A stretch of DNA of 64,000 nucleotides from an uncultured bacterium (GTDB lineage: Bacteria > Babelota > Babeliae > Babelales > RVW-14): positions 64,001 to 128,000 of the forward strand of contig CAVXAT010000008.1 in the NCBI GenBank assembly GCA_963759805.1. The letters are read 5' to 3'. Made by a program: the position numbers and the translations under genes. How positions within the stretch are numbered: the stretch's first letter is position 1; each line of letters opens with the position of its first letter. The notes beneath the pieces are model-generated. The model searched no databases, had not been told where the DNA came from, and saw nothing but the letters and a program-made list of their open reading frames with translations. Positions 28,085 through 39,700 of this stretch are shown here, in pieces.

Positions 28085-31000
28085 CTAATAACTTGGATTG
28101 TAATAGATATAACCTAAATTATCTAACCATGCACCTGACAGTAATTGAACATTCATGTCGCCGCCAACCAATCCATTGCCCAATTCGAATGAGGTTGCTT
28201 GAGTCGTGTTTCCATTAACCGTTACTTTGTTATTAAAGTAAACTGATCCATTTATTAACTGCCAGCCGCTGTCCGGTAACTGTACCGTACACTGATCAAA
28301 GTAAATTCCGGATGTCTGATCTGCCATCTTAATTAAATTACGCTCTGATAAAGTATGACGTCTGGTTAAGCCCGGGCTGTAACTGAACGTAGTGTTTTTA
28401 TCAAAATACAGTGTTGAATGCAATGCTATGTAAGATGTTCCTGTTGAGGCATAACTGAATTGATTTGTGCCTGTCACAAAAACATCATCCTGAACAAACA
28501 GTTGACCTTGTGTGAATGCATAGTCTATGTCAAAACTTGTGCTCATATTTTGCAATGTAAGTTTGCATGTTTCATCCCGCATCTCAATCGGAGTTGACCC
28601 GGCTGCCAGCAAGTTAAGATTTCTTAGCGTTAAAGTTACACCGGTGTCTACTACCAGCCTGGCTCCAGATGCAAATGAAAGATCATTATTCTGACCATCG
28701 AGCACGCCACCTGAAACAACTGTGATTGCAATATTTGTCGGCAAAGTTAAATCTCCGCCAAAAATCATTGCGTTTCCCTGCAAATCAAAATTACCCGACG
28801 ATACAACTGTTGTTTGACTTGCAAGAGTCATGTCGCTGCCCAATGTAAGTGTTCCACCTTGCAGATCAATTGGACCTGATGACATACTTTCGCCCTTCAC
28901 ATTTGTTGAACCGGTAATTGCACCAAGCACCGTAAGTGTTCCGTTATTAACAGATATGAAGTGATCACGCTCAAAATTGATCGCATTGCTGTTATCGTAA
29001 ACGAGCTCACCCGGAGCTTGATCGTAAGTTACAATATTATTGCCTGAGGAGTAAGTTTGCAGATTATAATCTCCAAGTCCTGCACCGGTGATATTTTTAA
29101 TAAGCGAACGATCTTGCCAACCAATAACAGTGTTAGGTGTCATACGAATCTTAGAATTGCTATTTGCAAGTACAAATCGCGCATCATCGTTGCTAAACAT
29201 TGTATAACCAAGAGTGTTATCGTAATTCATCAGCCCGCTGATAGAAACATTTGCACCGGATAACAACTTAACATTAAGATCCTCCGACAATCCTAAAGAA
29301 GAATTACCTAAGATAATAGAGCTGGAGAAAGGCTGTTGTTGACTATCTGCCCCCCAATTTACAGCATATGCTTTTAATACGTAATTTGGATAGCCGGGAC
29401 TTTGATCAATACATAAGACATATTTGCCATCAGGACTTAAGGCCGCTTTTGAACCAGGCAGCCCGCTGCCGCTAGTTCCAACCTCTTCTAATCCGCCAGA
29501 AGGCCCAACCCCTGTTACTTTATAAACTTTAGTAAGATTTGCAAAGGCCCAACCAACAACAACATAACGTCCATCAGGAGTCCAGCCGGCAGGTTCTAAT
29601 AATTCGCCAGTAAATATAGGCATATATCCGGTACCAAGCTCAGCAAACCCACCAGCATTCCCACCTCCTGTAAAGTTGTAAACCTTAAGAGCCGATAATG
29701 CATGCATAAGAACTTTCTTGCCATCAGGGCTCCATTGCGCTCCAGAGGTATCAAAAGTAGATTGGATAAATGCAGTAAATCCCGAACCAATTTCAGCAAG
29801 TCCACCATTTAAAGAAAGACCAGTAAATTTGAATGCCTTTAAATCCGTTTGGCTATGATCATTAGGATCTATAAATGCTACTGCTATGCTTGTACCATCA
29901 CAACTCCACGATACAAAACCAACATTAGCATTTAAACCTAAATTTACATTACCAGCAAAATCATCTTCAAAGCCACCGCTGTTGCCTGCACAGATAAATC
30001 TGAACGTTTTGACTTTGTATGATCCATCACTATTATCTGCAACACCAACAACAACATATTGAGAATCTGGACTCCAATCAATTGATGTGATCGCGCTCAA
30101 GTAGTTAATCATTCCACTGGCAACTTCCTGTAATCCACCTTGATTACCAGAACCAATAAATTTATAAGCTTTGATAACACCGGTAGAACCGGAAAGGCCA
30201 ACACCAATAACCGCCATGTACCTTCCATCCGGACTCCATTTTATTTGTGAAATAGAACTCAACGGATAAGCCATTTGACCTGATCCAATAACTGAAAGTC
30301 CACCCGTTCCAGAAGTAGCCGTAAAGCGATACGTCTGTAATCCGGAGCCTGTGTTAACAACGGCATATCTGCCATCCGCACTCCATGCAGCATATAAGAA
30401 AGCTCCGATCTGTCCTCCGGTAAATACATCAGATAATCCACCTGTTGTTGAGTTTGGACTAACAATACTTGCAATCTGGCTTGAAACCGAAACTTCATTG
30501 TCAAAAATTAACTGGCCTTTTGTTAATCTAAATCCTGTCTGAGTGGTTTGAAGCGTACAGCCATTCAGATATATTTTTGATGTCGCATCATCTAAAGTCA
30601 AAAGAGAGCTTCCAGCAAGCCCAATTGCCCCTGTTGTACATGGTTGATAATCAAAGATAGTTCCAGGGTTGAATATCAACGACCCGCCCGACATGATATA
30701 ACTTTGCGCCGCAGAGCTGTAAACAAATGAACTGGAACCGGTTACATTCATATCATTGTAAACATACATCTGTCCGCGATTTAACCAGAAATTATCTGCA
30801 AGATCAAAATTTACACTATCAAGAACTAGCTTGCTTGACAAAGAAGCTAATTGTATCGATTGATCTGCAGATCCATTGGAGGTATTTCTAAATATCAAAT
30901 TTCTCAGAGTTAAGGTAGCACCGGTGTCAACCATAATCTTAGAATCGTTTCCTAATGTCAGAGAATTACCATTGCCTTCAATGGTAGTATCATTGCCAAT

Positions 31001-33805
31001 ATGCAAGATGTTCCCATCCGGAATCGAAAAATCACCATTTAGATGAAGAGCTTTTCCATTGCCAAGAATATGACCAAAGCCAAATGAACTGGAAAGCGTT
31101 GTTCCCGAATCCATAAACAGATCATTGCTCAACGTCAAAGTTCCTGCAAGAGAAATTTGACCTGACACTTCAAGAGGAGTTCTTAGAGCAAAGGTTATAT
31201 CTGGGTAAATTGCAAAACCATTTTTATACCAAGCGAGAGCATCAATGGTGGTGTTAGTAGAATAAATTTGTTGAGTACCAAATATCTGAATATTGGTCGC
31301 AAGTTTAACAATGGCATTGCTATTGTTTATAACACGCTTATTAAGATAAACCGCTGCATTGCTGGTCTGTTTAATCCAGGAAACAATCGCATTACTGTTG
31401 TGAATTGAGAGTTCACCGGTTATCTGGTTTAAGTATATGATAGCGTTACTATTGTTTCTGATGCCAAAGAGTAATGCGTTGCTGTTGTTCTTAATTCCAT
31501 ACAATAATGCATTACTGTCGGTTCTTACTCTTGTACTCAAGTAATTTGCTGCATTGCTTGTTACTCTGAGCAAGTTACTGTTTCCTCGCTCCACACCGCT
31601 GAGCCATGCTATTGAGTTACTTGTCATTCTACTCAAATAAGCTATTGAATTACTACTCGTCCTACTTAAATATGCTATCGAGTTGCTACTCATTCTGCTT
31701 AAATATGCTTCTGAATTACTTGTCGTTCTTCGTAAATAAACTAATGCATTGCTTGTTACTCTGAGCAAGTTACTGTTACCTCGTTCGACTCCACTCAGCC
31801 ATGCTATTGAGTTACTTGTCATTCTACTCAAATAAGCTATTGAATTACTACTCGTCCTACTTAAATATGCAATAGAGTTGCTGCTCATTCTGCTTAGATA
31901 TGCCATGGAATTGCTTGTTGTTCTGTTTAGATAAACTAATGCATTGCTTGTTACTCTGAGCAAGTTACTGTTTCCTCGCTCCACACCGCTGAGCCATGCT
32001 ATTGAGTTACTTGTCATTCTACTCAGATAAGCTATTGAATTACTACTCGTCCTACTCAAATATGCAATAGAGTTACTGCTCATTCTGCTTAAATATGCTT
32101 CTGAATTACTGGTCGTCCTTCGCAAATAAACTAATCCATTACTCGTTACTCTGAGCAAGTTGCTATTCCCTCGCTCCACACCACTGAGCCATGCTATTGA
32201 GTTACTTGTCATTCTACTCAGATAAGCTATTGAATTACTACTCGTCCTACTCAGATATGCAATCGAGTTGCTGCTCATTCTGCTCAGATATGCCATGGAA
32301 TTGCTTGTTGTTCTGTTCAGGTAAGCTAACCCGTTGCTTGTTACCCTGAGCAGGTTACTGTTCCCACGCTCTATTCCATAAAGCCATGCTATTGAGTTAC
32401 TTGTCGTTCTGTTCAAATAAGTTAATGCATTACTCGTTACCCTCAAGAAGTTACTGTTTCCTCTAATAACCGGCGCCCAGTAGTTCATTGAGTTACTTGT
32501 TTGTCTTGCCCATGACATAAGTGCATTGCTGTCAGTTCTTACTCTCATACTCAAATAGTTTGCCGCATTACTTGTTACTCTGAGCAAGTTACTGTTCCCT
32601 CGCTCCACACCGCTGAGCCATGCTATTGAGTTACTTGTCATTCTACTCAGATAAGCTATTGAATTACTTGTCGTTCTACTCAAATATGCAATAGAGTTAC
32701 TGCTCATTCTGCTTAAATATGCTTCTGAATTACTGGTCGTCCTTCGCAAATAAACTAATCCATTACTCGTTACTCTGAGCAAGTTACTGTTCCCTCGCTC
32801 CACGCCACTTAGCCATGCTATCGAATTACTTGTCATTCTACTCAGATAAGCTATTGAATTACTACTCGTCCTACTCAGATATGCTATCGAGTTGCTACTC
32901 ATTCTGCTTAAATATGCTTCTGAATTACTGGTAGTTCTTCTCAGATAAACTAATGCATTACTTGTTACTCTGAGAAAGTTACTGTTCCCTCGCTCCACGC
33001 CACTTAGCCATGCTATCGAGTTACTTGTCATTCTACTCAGATAAGCTATTGAATTACTACTCGTCCTACTTAAATATGCTATCGAGTTGCTGCTCATTCT
33101 GCTTAAATATGCCATCGAATTACTTGTTGTTCTGTTTAGATAAACTAATGCATTACTTGTTATTCTGAGAAAGTTACTGTTCCCTCGCTCCACGCCACTT
33201 AGCCATGCTATCGAATTACTTGTCATTCTACTCAGATAAGCTATTGAATTACTACTCGTCCTACTTAAATATGCTATCGAGTTGCTGCTCATTCTGCTTA
33301 AATATGCCATCGAATTACTTGTTGTTCTGTTTAGATAAACTAATGCATTACTTGTTATTCTGAGAAAGTTACTGTTCCCTCGCTCCACGCCACTTAGCCA
33401 TGCTATCGAATTACTTGTCATTCTACTCAGATAAGCTATTGAATTACTACTCGTCCTACTCAGATATGCAATAGAGTTGCTGCTCATTCTGCTTAGATAT
33501 GCTTCTGAATTGCTGGTAGTTCTTCTCAGATAAACTAATGCATTACTATTTGTTCTTGCAGTTACCGTCAGTCCCACTACTGCATTACTGTTATCATAAA
33601 CAAGTTCGGCAGGAGCCGCTGCATAATTCACAATATTATTATTTAGAGTAGGCGCATATGAAACCAGGTTGTAATCTCCAAGCCCACCTCCAACTGTATT
33701 CTTGATAAGGGATCTATCATTCCATCCAACAACAGTGTTTGGGGTCATGCGAATTTCAGAAGCACTATTTTTTAGAACAAAGCTTGCATTATTATTACTG
33801 AACAT
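28085..33805 (-). CDS. Giant modular protein, C-terminal piece: connector, long SN-repeat stalk, carrier with 7-blade propeller, terminal carrier without propeller
   Basis: 1906-aa ORF; seven W(S/T)PDG-type blades; carrier motifs; the reading frame continues upstream of its ATG (LLSGANVSVDGILNYDNTLGYT-MFSNNN). Confidence 0.85.
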   Translation of the reverse strand: MFSNNNASFVLKNSASEIRMTPNTVVGWNDRSLIKNTVGGGLGDYNLVSYAPTLNNNIVNYAAAPAELVYDNSNAVVGLTVTARTNSNALVYLRRTTSNSEAYLSRMSSNSIAYLSRTSSNSIAYLSRMTSNSIAWLSGVERGNSNFLRITSNALVYLNRTTSNSMAYLSRMSSNSIAYLSRTSSNSIAYLSRMTSNSIAWLSGVERGNSNFLRITSNALVYLNRTTSNSMAYLSRMSSNSIAYLSRTSSNSIAYLSRMTSNSIAWLSGVERGNSNFLRVTSNALVYLRRTTSNSEAYLSRMSSNSIAYLSRTSSNSIAYLSRMTSNSIAWLSGVERGNSNLLRVTSNGLVYLRRTTSNSEAYLSRMSSNSIAYLSRTTSNSIAYLSRMTSNSIAWLSGVERGNSNLLRVTSNAANYLSMRVRTDSNALMSWARQTSNSMNYWAPVIRGNSNFLRVTSNALTYLNRTTSNSIAWLYGIERGNSNLLRVTSNGLAYLNRTTSNSMAYLSRMSSNSIAYLSRTSSNSIAYLSRMTSNSIAWLSGVERGNSNLLRVTSNGLVYLRRTTSNSEAYLSRMSSNSIAYLSRTSSNSIAYLSRMTSNSIAWLSGVERGNSNLLRVTSNALVYLNRTTSNSMAYLSRMSSNSIAYLSRTSSNSIAYLSRMTSNSIAWLSGVERGNSNLLRVTSNALVYLRRTTSNSEAYLSRMSSNSIAYLSRTSSNSIAYLSRMTSNSIAWLSGVERGNSNLLRVTSNAANYLSTRVRTDSNALLYGIKNNSNALLFGIRNNSNAIIYLNQITGELSIHNSNAIVSWIKQTSNAAVYLNKRVINNSNAIVKLATNIQIFGTQQIYSTNTTIDALAWYKNGFAIYPDITFALRTPLEVSGQISLAGTLTLSNDLFMDSGTTLSSSFGFGHILGNGKALHLNGDFSIPDGNILHIGNDTTIEGNGNSLTLGNDSKIMVDTGATLTLRNLIFRNTSNGSADQSIQLASLSSKLVLDSVNFDLADNFWLNRGQMYVYNDMNVTGSSSFVYSSAAQSYIMSGGSLIFNPGTIFDYQPCTTGAIGLAGSSLLTLDDATSKIYLNGCTLQTTQTGFRLTKGQLIFDNEVSVSSQIASIVSPNSTTGGLSDVFTGGQIGAFLYAAWSADGRYAVVNTGSGLQTYRFTATSGTGGLSVIGSGQMAYPLSSISQIKWSPDGRYMAVIGVGLSGSTGVIKAYKFIGSGNQGGLQEVASGMINYLSAITSIDWSPDSQYVVVGVADNSDGSYKVKTFRFICAGNSGGFEDDFAGNVNLGLNANVGFVSWSCDGTSIAVAFIDPNDHSQTDLKAFKFTGLSLNGGLAEIGSGFTAFIQSTFDTSGAQWSPDGKKVLMHALSALKVYNFTGGGNAGGFAELGTGYMPIFTGELLEPAGWTPDGRYVVVGWAFANLTKVYKVTGVGPSGGLEEVGTSGSGLPGSKAALSPDGKYVLCIDQSPGYPNYVLKAYAVNWGADSQQQPFSSSIILGNSSLGLSEDLNVKLLSGANVSISGLMNYDNTLGYTMFSNDDARFVLANSNSKIRMTPNTVIGWQDRSLIKNITGAGLGDYNLQTYSSGNNIVTYDQAPGELVYDNSNAINFERDHFISVNNGTLTVLGAITGSTNVKGESMSSGPIDLQGGTLTLGSDMTLASQTTVVSSGNFDLQGNAMIFGGDLTLPTNIAITVVSGGVLDGQNNDLSFASGARLVVDTGVTLTLRNLNLLAAGSTPIEMRDETCKLTLQNMSTSFDIDYAFTQGQLFVQDDVFVTGTNQFSYASTGTSYIALHSTLYFDKNTTFSYSPGLTRRHTLSERNLIKMADQTSGIYFDQCTVQLPDSGWQLINGSVYFNNKVTVNGNTTQATSFELGNGLVGGDMNVQLLSGAWLDNLGYIYYNPSY
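31310..33590 (-). repeat. Intragenic tandem repeat: 195-bp (65-aa) super-repeat of 11/11/11/11/14/7-aa SN units
   Basis: tccctcgctccacgccactt at 33181 and 33376 (period 195); SNALVYLNRTT SNSMAYLSRMS SNSIAYLSRTS SNSIAYLSRMT SNSIAWLSGVERGN SNLLRVT. Confidence 0.92.
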
Positions 33806-36757
33806 TGTGTAACCAAGGGTGTTGTCGTAGTTTAGAATTCCATCAACTGAAACGTTTGCACCGGAAAGTAATTTACATTAAGATCGCTTGTTTGACCTGC
33901 TGCTGAGTTACCAAATACGATTGAGTTGGACGGAACTTGGGCTGCCGTTTGAGGCCTAAATCCGGTTGGGTATACCTGCATTACTCTAGAATCTCCACAA
34001 GATGCAACATATTTTAAATCAGGAGACACGGCTAAACACCTCAGATCCATGTGAAGACTGATCAGATTGATTAATCGCAGCCCCACCGGTAAACGCATTA
34101 TAAATCAAAACCCTGCGCGTAGTACACCACCACATGCCATTACAAATTTTCCACTTGTATCCCAAGCAACAGAATAAACAATGATCCGCTATACGTAGAT
34201 ATTGCCGGCGTAATTGGATCCAATGAGGTTAAATTTTTAAAATAAAATACTTTTGCCGCACTAGTCGCAGTTCCAAATCCAGCTACAACATACATGCCAT
34301 CAGGACTCCAAGCAATTGAATATGCTATACCATTATATGATGGCGATTGAGCTATAGGTGATCCACTATTATCAAATCCAGTACCATTAAAGCTATAGAT
34401 GTTTATAGGAAGTGGTGGTGAAGCTCCACCAGCTGCACCGGCTGCAATATACTTTCCATTGGGACTCCAAGAAACTGAGTATATTGTTGCAGTATAACTA
34501 GCAGATGCAGCAAGATAATTACAACTACTACCGGTAAATCCATAAACTTGAACAGTTTGCGTTGTTACTCCTCCTGCTGCAATATATTTTCCATCAGGAC
34601 TCCATGCTACTGATTCTATTGTTCCACTATAGGATGGCGATTGAGCAATAGGTGAGCCACCATTATCAAACCCAGTGCCATTAAAACTATAGATGTTTAT
34701 TTTCTGAGTAGCTCCACCTGCAGCAATATATTTCCCATCAGGACTCCATGCTACTGATTGTATTATTCCACTGTAATTAGCAGATTCAGCAACAAGATTT
34801 AATGTCGATCCTGTAAAACTGTACACCTGAATCGTTTGCTTGCCTGATCCTCCAATAGCCACAAACCTTCCATCGGGACTCCAGACAGTGGCATAAATTA
34901 GTCCGGTGTAGCTTGGAGTCGACGTTGCAGTTGTAAGGAAACTATAAAGATCAAAAGATGCTGCGCTGGTCATAGAAACACTGTTATCTAATAATATTTG
35001 TCCTTTGGTCAGGCGCATTCCTGTAAATGTTGATTTAAGTGTTGCACCATTCAATGTAATTTTTGAGCTTGCATCATCCATCCCCAACAGATCTTTGGCT
35101 AACAAACCTGATGTACCTGTCGTAGATGGCCTGAAATCAAACGTAGTGCTTGGATTAAATTTAAAGTTGGCGCCTGACTTTATATAACTTGGCATAGTTG
35201 ATCTGTAAATAAATGCATTTGTGCCATTGATATTAACATCGTTGTATGCAAACAACTTGCCGCGATCAAAATAAAAATCATTTGCCGGAATCAGAGTTGC
35301 ATTGTCCAGCACAAGCTGACTGCGGTTTGATGCCAACTTTATTGCAGGATTACCAGGGCCATTCAAAGTACTATCAACAACAACGTTACGCAATGTCAAC
35401 GTTATTGTGTCATCTACAAAGATTTCAGAATTGGCACCAATACTTATTGTGTTACCGTTACCATCAAGCACTGCATTGTTACTAACGTGAACGATTGTAT
35501 TTGCAGGGATATTCCAGTTCGAACCAACCAAAGTATTCGGCACGCCGGAATAATTTATTAGGTTAGTTGGAATTTGGGCATTTTTTGGACTCACATCGGA
35601 GATTAAATTGTAGTCACCCAAACCGGCGTTTGAGACGTTAGAAATTATAGAACCATCTTGCCATCCAACAACAGTGTTTGGGGTCATGCGAATTTCAGAG
35701 TTGCTGTTTTTTAATACAAAGCTTGCATTGTTATTACTGAACATTGTGTAACCAAGGGTGTTGTCGTAATTTAGAATTCCATCGACTGATACGTTTGCCC
35801 CCGAAAGTAGTTGAACGCTTAAATCTGATGCTGATCCGGCAGCCGAATTGCCAAAGACAATTGAGCTGGACAGAGCTTGAGTCGATCTATCTACAACATA
35901 ATTAGTACTAAATATTTGTAGTGTACCGCTATTGTAAGTGACAAGAGCAATAAAGCGCCCATCCGGTGACCAGGACACTGAACGTGGATTACCGCTAGCA
36001 CTTGCACTGCTGCCAACCAATGTTGGGTTCCCCGACCCACTAAAGCTACATATTTGCAGTGAACTGGTGTAATCAGCAACAGCAAGATAGCGACCATCCG
36101 GTGACCAGGACACTGAATATGGTTGAGTTCCAGGATTTACACTGCCCACCAATGCTGGATTAAGACCATAGAAGCTAAATATTTGCAGAGAGTATGGAAT
36201 ACTGCCAAAACAAACAGCAATAAAGCGGCCATCCGGTGACCAGGATACTGCTTGTGGTCCAGTAGTAATAACCACACTGCCAACCAATGTCGGATTGCCG
36301 GATCCACTAAAGCTAAATATTTGCAACGTAAGGCCGGCGTTATTAACAACAGCAAGATAGCGACCATCTGGAGACCAAGATACTGAATATGGCGTAGATC
36401 CTGTACTTGCGCTACCAACCAATGCTGGGTTGCCTGATCCACTGAAGCTAAATATTTGCAGCGAAGTTGAAGAACCAACAACGGCAATAAACCGACCATC
36501 CGAGGACCATGACACTGACCTTGGGCCGCTCGTACTTACACTGCCAACAGGACTGGCGGAAGGTATGCCTCCATTGACGCTAAATATTTGCAATGTGCTA
36601 CTAGTGAAAATACCAACAGCAATAAAACGACCATCCGATGACCAGGATACCGATATTGGACCATTTCCAGTACTTACGCTACCAACCAATGTTGGATACC
36701 CCGAACCACTGAAATTAAATATTTGCAGCGAATTACCATTAAAATTAACAACCGCTG
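33806..36757 (-). CDS. Giant modular protein, middle piece (ORFs 34140-36689 and 33832-34098): propeller, connector, carrier, propeller; frameshifted at ~34080-34190 and ~33873
   Basis: Repetitive SVSWSPDGRFIAV blades, QALSSSIVFGNS closing motif, carrier domain and a second propeller whose last two blades (WDTSGKF, VSPDLKY) lie in shifted frames. Confidence 0.8.
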
Positions 36758-39700
36758 ACAGTTGCTAGCGTTGACGTCGTTGTTCCGGAGAATAGATACA
36801 CGGATAAGCTACTTGGTTGCACTAGTAACTTTTCCCTTGTTTGACCCGCTACTGCCAACTTTCTCCCGTCAGGGCTCCACTGTAACTTGTCAATTTCTCT
36901 GAATGCATTTGCAATACCGGTCCCAAGCGTAAGAATCGCACTTGTGCCCGTTGCCCTGAACGATGTTGCACTAGTCATAGTCACATTGTTACTAAGAAGC
37001 AACTGTCCATTGGTCAAACGCATGCCAGTTAGTGTTGTTTTCAATGATGCTCCGTCCAATGTCAACTTAGATGTCGCATCGCCCATCATTAAAAGATCTT
37101 TTGCCAAAAGGCCTGTCACACCGCTTGTAGCAGGTTCAAAGTAGAAGGTAGTCTTTGGATTAAATTTAAGATTTGCGCCCGACATAATTTGACTTGGAAC
37201 AGTTGAACGGTAAATAAATGAACTTGTTCCCGTAAAGTTAACATCGTTGTAACAAAACAGTTCTCCCTGATTGAAGTAAAAATCATTTACAAAGTTCAAT
37301 CTTGCATTATCAAGAACAAGTTTGCTTCTGCTTGTCGCAAGCTCTATCGGCGGATTATTTGCAAAGTTTTGATTATTACTGATTACAACGTTTCTCAAAG
37401 TCAAAGTCACATTGTCATCAACAAAAATTTGCGAATTGTTGCCAATATTTACCGTATTCCCATCACCCTCAATTATCGTGTTGGCACCAATGTGCATTAA
37501 GTTATTACTTGGAATTGCAAGATTTCCGCCCAAATGGATTGCATTGCCATTTCCATAAATCTCCCCAAATCCATAGCTGCTTGTGAACGTTGCTCCGGCC
37601 TCAAGGAACAGATCACTGCTCAATGTCAATGTGCCCCCAAGCGATATCTGCCCATTTACCGGAATTGGAGTATTCAATGCCAAAATTACACCCGGATCAA
37701 CTTGAAATCCGGCCTTGTACCAGGCAAAGTTTTGAATCGTTGCAGGATGATTATAAACTTGTTGTGTGTTAAATACTTGGACATTGTTTGAGAGATTAAT
37801 GATTGCATTGCTGCTGTTCTTGATTCCGTACAAAAACGCGTTACTGTCAGTTCTTACTCTCGTGCTCAAATAATTTGCTGCATTACTTGTTACCCTGAGC
37901 AAGTTACTGTTCCCTCGCTCCATTCCATAAAGCCATGCTATCGAGTTGCTTGTCGTTCTGTTCAGATAAATTAATGCATTGCTATTGATTCTCGTTGTTA
38001 CCGTCAGCCCCACTACCGCGTTACTGTTATCATAAACAAGCTCAGTTGGCGCCTTGGCATAGCTAACTATCTTATTAGCACCTTCATAATTTACAAGATT
38101 ATAATCACCCAAACCCTGACCGGTAGTTGTTTTGGTTAATGATCTATCACGCCAGCCAAGAACTGTGTTTGGACTCATGCGAATTTCGGAATTATTTTGA
38201 AGAATATTATTGCTGGCTTTGAGCGTAAAACACGCATTATTATTGCTAAAGATCGTATAACCCAAAGTGTTGTCGTAATTAAGTATTCCATCTACCGATA
38301 CGTTTGCACCGGAAAGTAGTTGAAGATTTAAATCATAACTTGAACCTAAAGCAGAATTACCAAACACAATTGAATTAGAGATAGCCTGAGAATTATATGC
38401 CTCTTGGCCGTATGCTACCTGCGCTAACTGAAGTTCTTGTTGCGTGCTACCTGTGACAGGCAATAATCCAGCCACAGAACCTCCAACTGCTAGATATAGA
38501 CCGTTAGGATTCAGGTCACAAGCATAAAGTGCAGTTCCATAAGAAATCTTTTTTAGAGGAACTAACGAAGATCCTGTAAATGCCATGTACAAAGTCAAAT
38601 CGCTTGAGGAACTGTCATTGCCACCCACCAGTATAAATCTTCCATCAGGGCTCCATTTTACAACTCTTGCGTTTACACCAAACGGTGCAGTTGCAACTGC
38701 ACCAAGCGTAGGTGATGCTGGATTGGCACCATTAAATGAATAAATCGTTATATCCTTAGCTGTCGCCCCAGACCCATTTTGTCCTGTTGCTGCCAAGAAA
38801 TTTCCATCAGGACTCCATGCAACGTTTGTTGCAAAAGATGCGTAACTTCTTGTTAATGACGTTGCGATCAATGCCCCGTTCCCGTTATTAAAAGAATAAA
38901 TGGCTATACTGTTGGTTGAAGAGTTTGTGGCAATCGCAATATATTTTCCACTTGGATGCCAAGAGATTCCTAGAACCTCTGAAACCCCTGAAGTTGCTGA
39001 AACTTGATTCAAAGTAGTTCCGTTGAACTGATATATCGTCAGATTTCGCATGTTGCCGCCAACTGCCAAGTAGTGCCCATCAGGACTCCAGCTTACCGGA
39101 CCTGTGTATGATGCCCTAGTCGTTCCAAGATTTGTCTGCGCAACTGTCGAAAGGGTATTATTCACAATGGAGTAAACTTGTAGGTTCGAGGTTGATACTG
39201 TTAACGATAATGGTAGGTTTACTTTTCCACCCGCCGCTATATACTGCCCATCAGGACTCCATGAAACACCTGATGACGTTACCGAAAAGGCAGTCGCTGC
39301 CAACGTTGTTGTTGTTGATCCGGAAAAGAGGTATACTGCCACGTTATTTGCTTGCGCTAGTAATTTTTCCCTCGTTTGACCCGCAACTGCCAACATTCTT
39401 CCATCAGGACTCCACTGTAATGTATCAACTTCCCTGAATGCTCTTCCTATATAATTAGGAGTGGTACCTGATTGAATTTGATATGCATAACTTGTCCCTG
39501 TAATCTGCAGTGATGCCGCACTTGTCATCGTAACTTTATTACCAAGCAGTAACTGTCCTTTGGTCAGACGCATTCCTGTCAGTGTTGTTTTAAGTGATGC
39601 TCCATCCAATGTCAACTTTGATGTCGCATCGCCCATTACAAATAAATCTTTTGCCAAAATTCCCGATGCACTCGTAGTAGACGGCGCGAAGGCAAATGTC

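Noticed and set aside
28085..28400. Classical or trimeric autotransporter anchor at the C-terminus of the giant protein
   Set aside because: The C-terminus is another carrier module; no recognisable 12-strand barrel or YadA-type anchor
31310..33590. CRISPR array (also considered for 9780-10980)
   Set aside because: The repeats are in-frame coding units without unique spacers, and no cas genes are present
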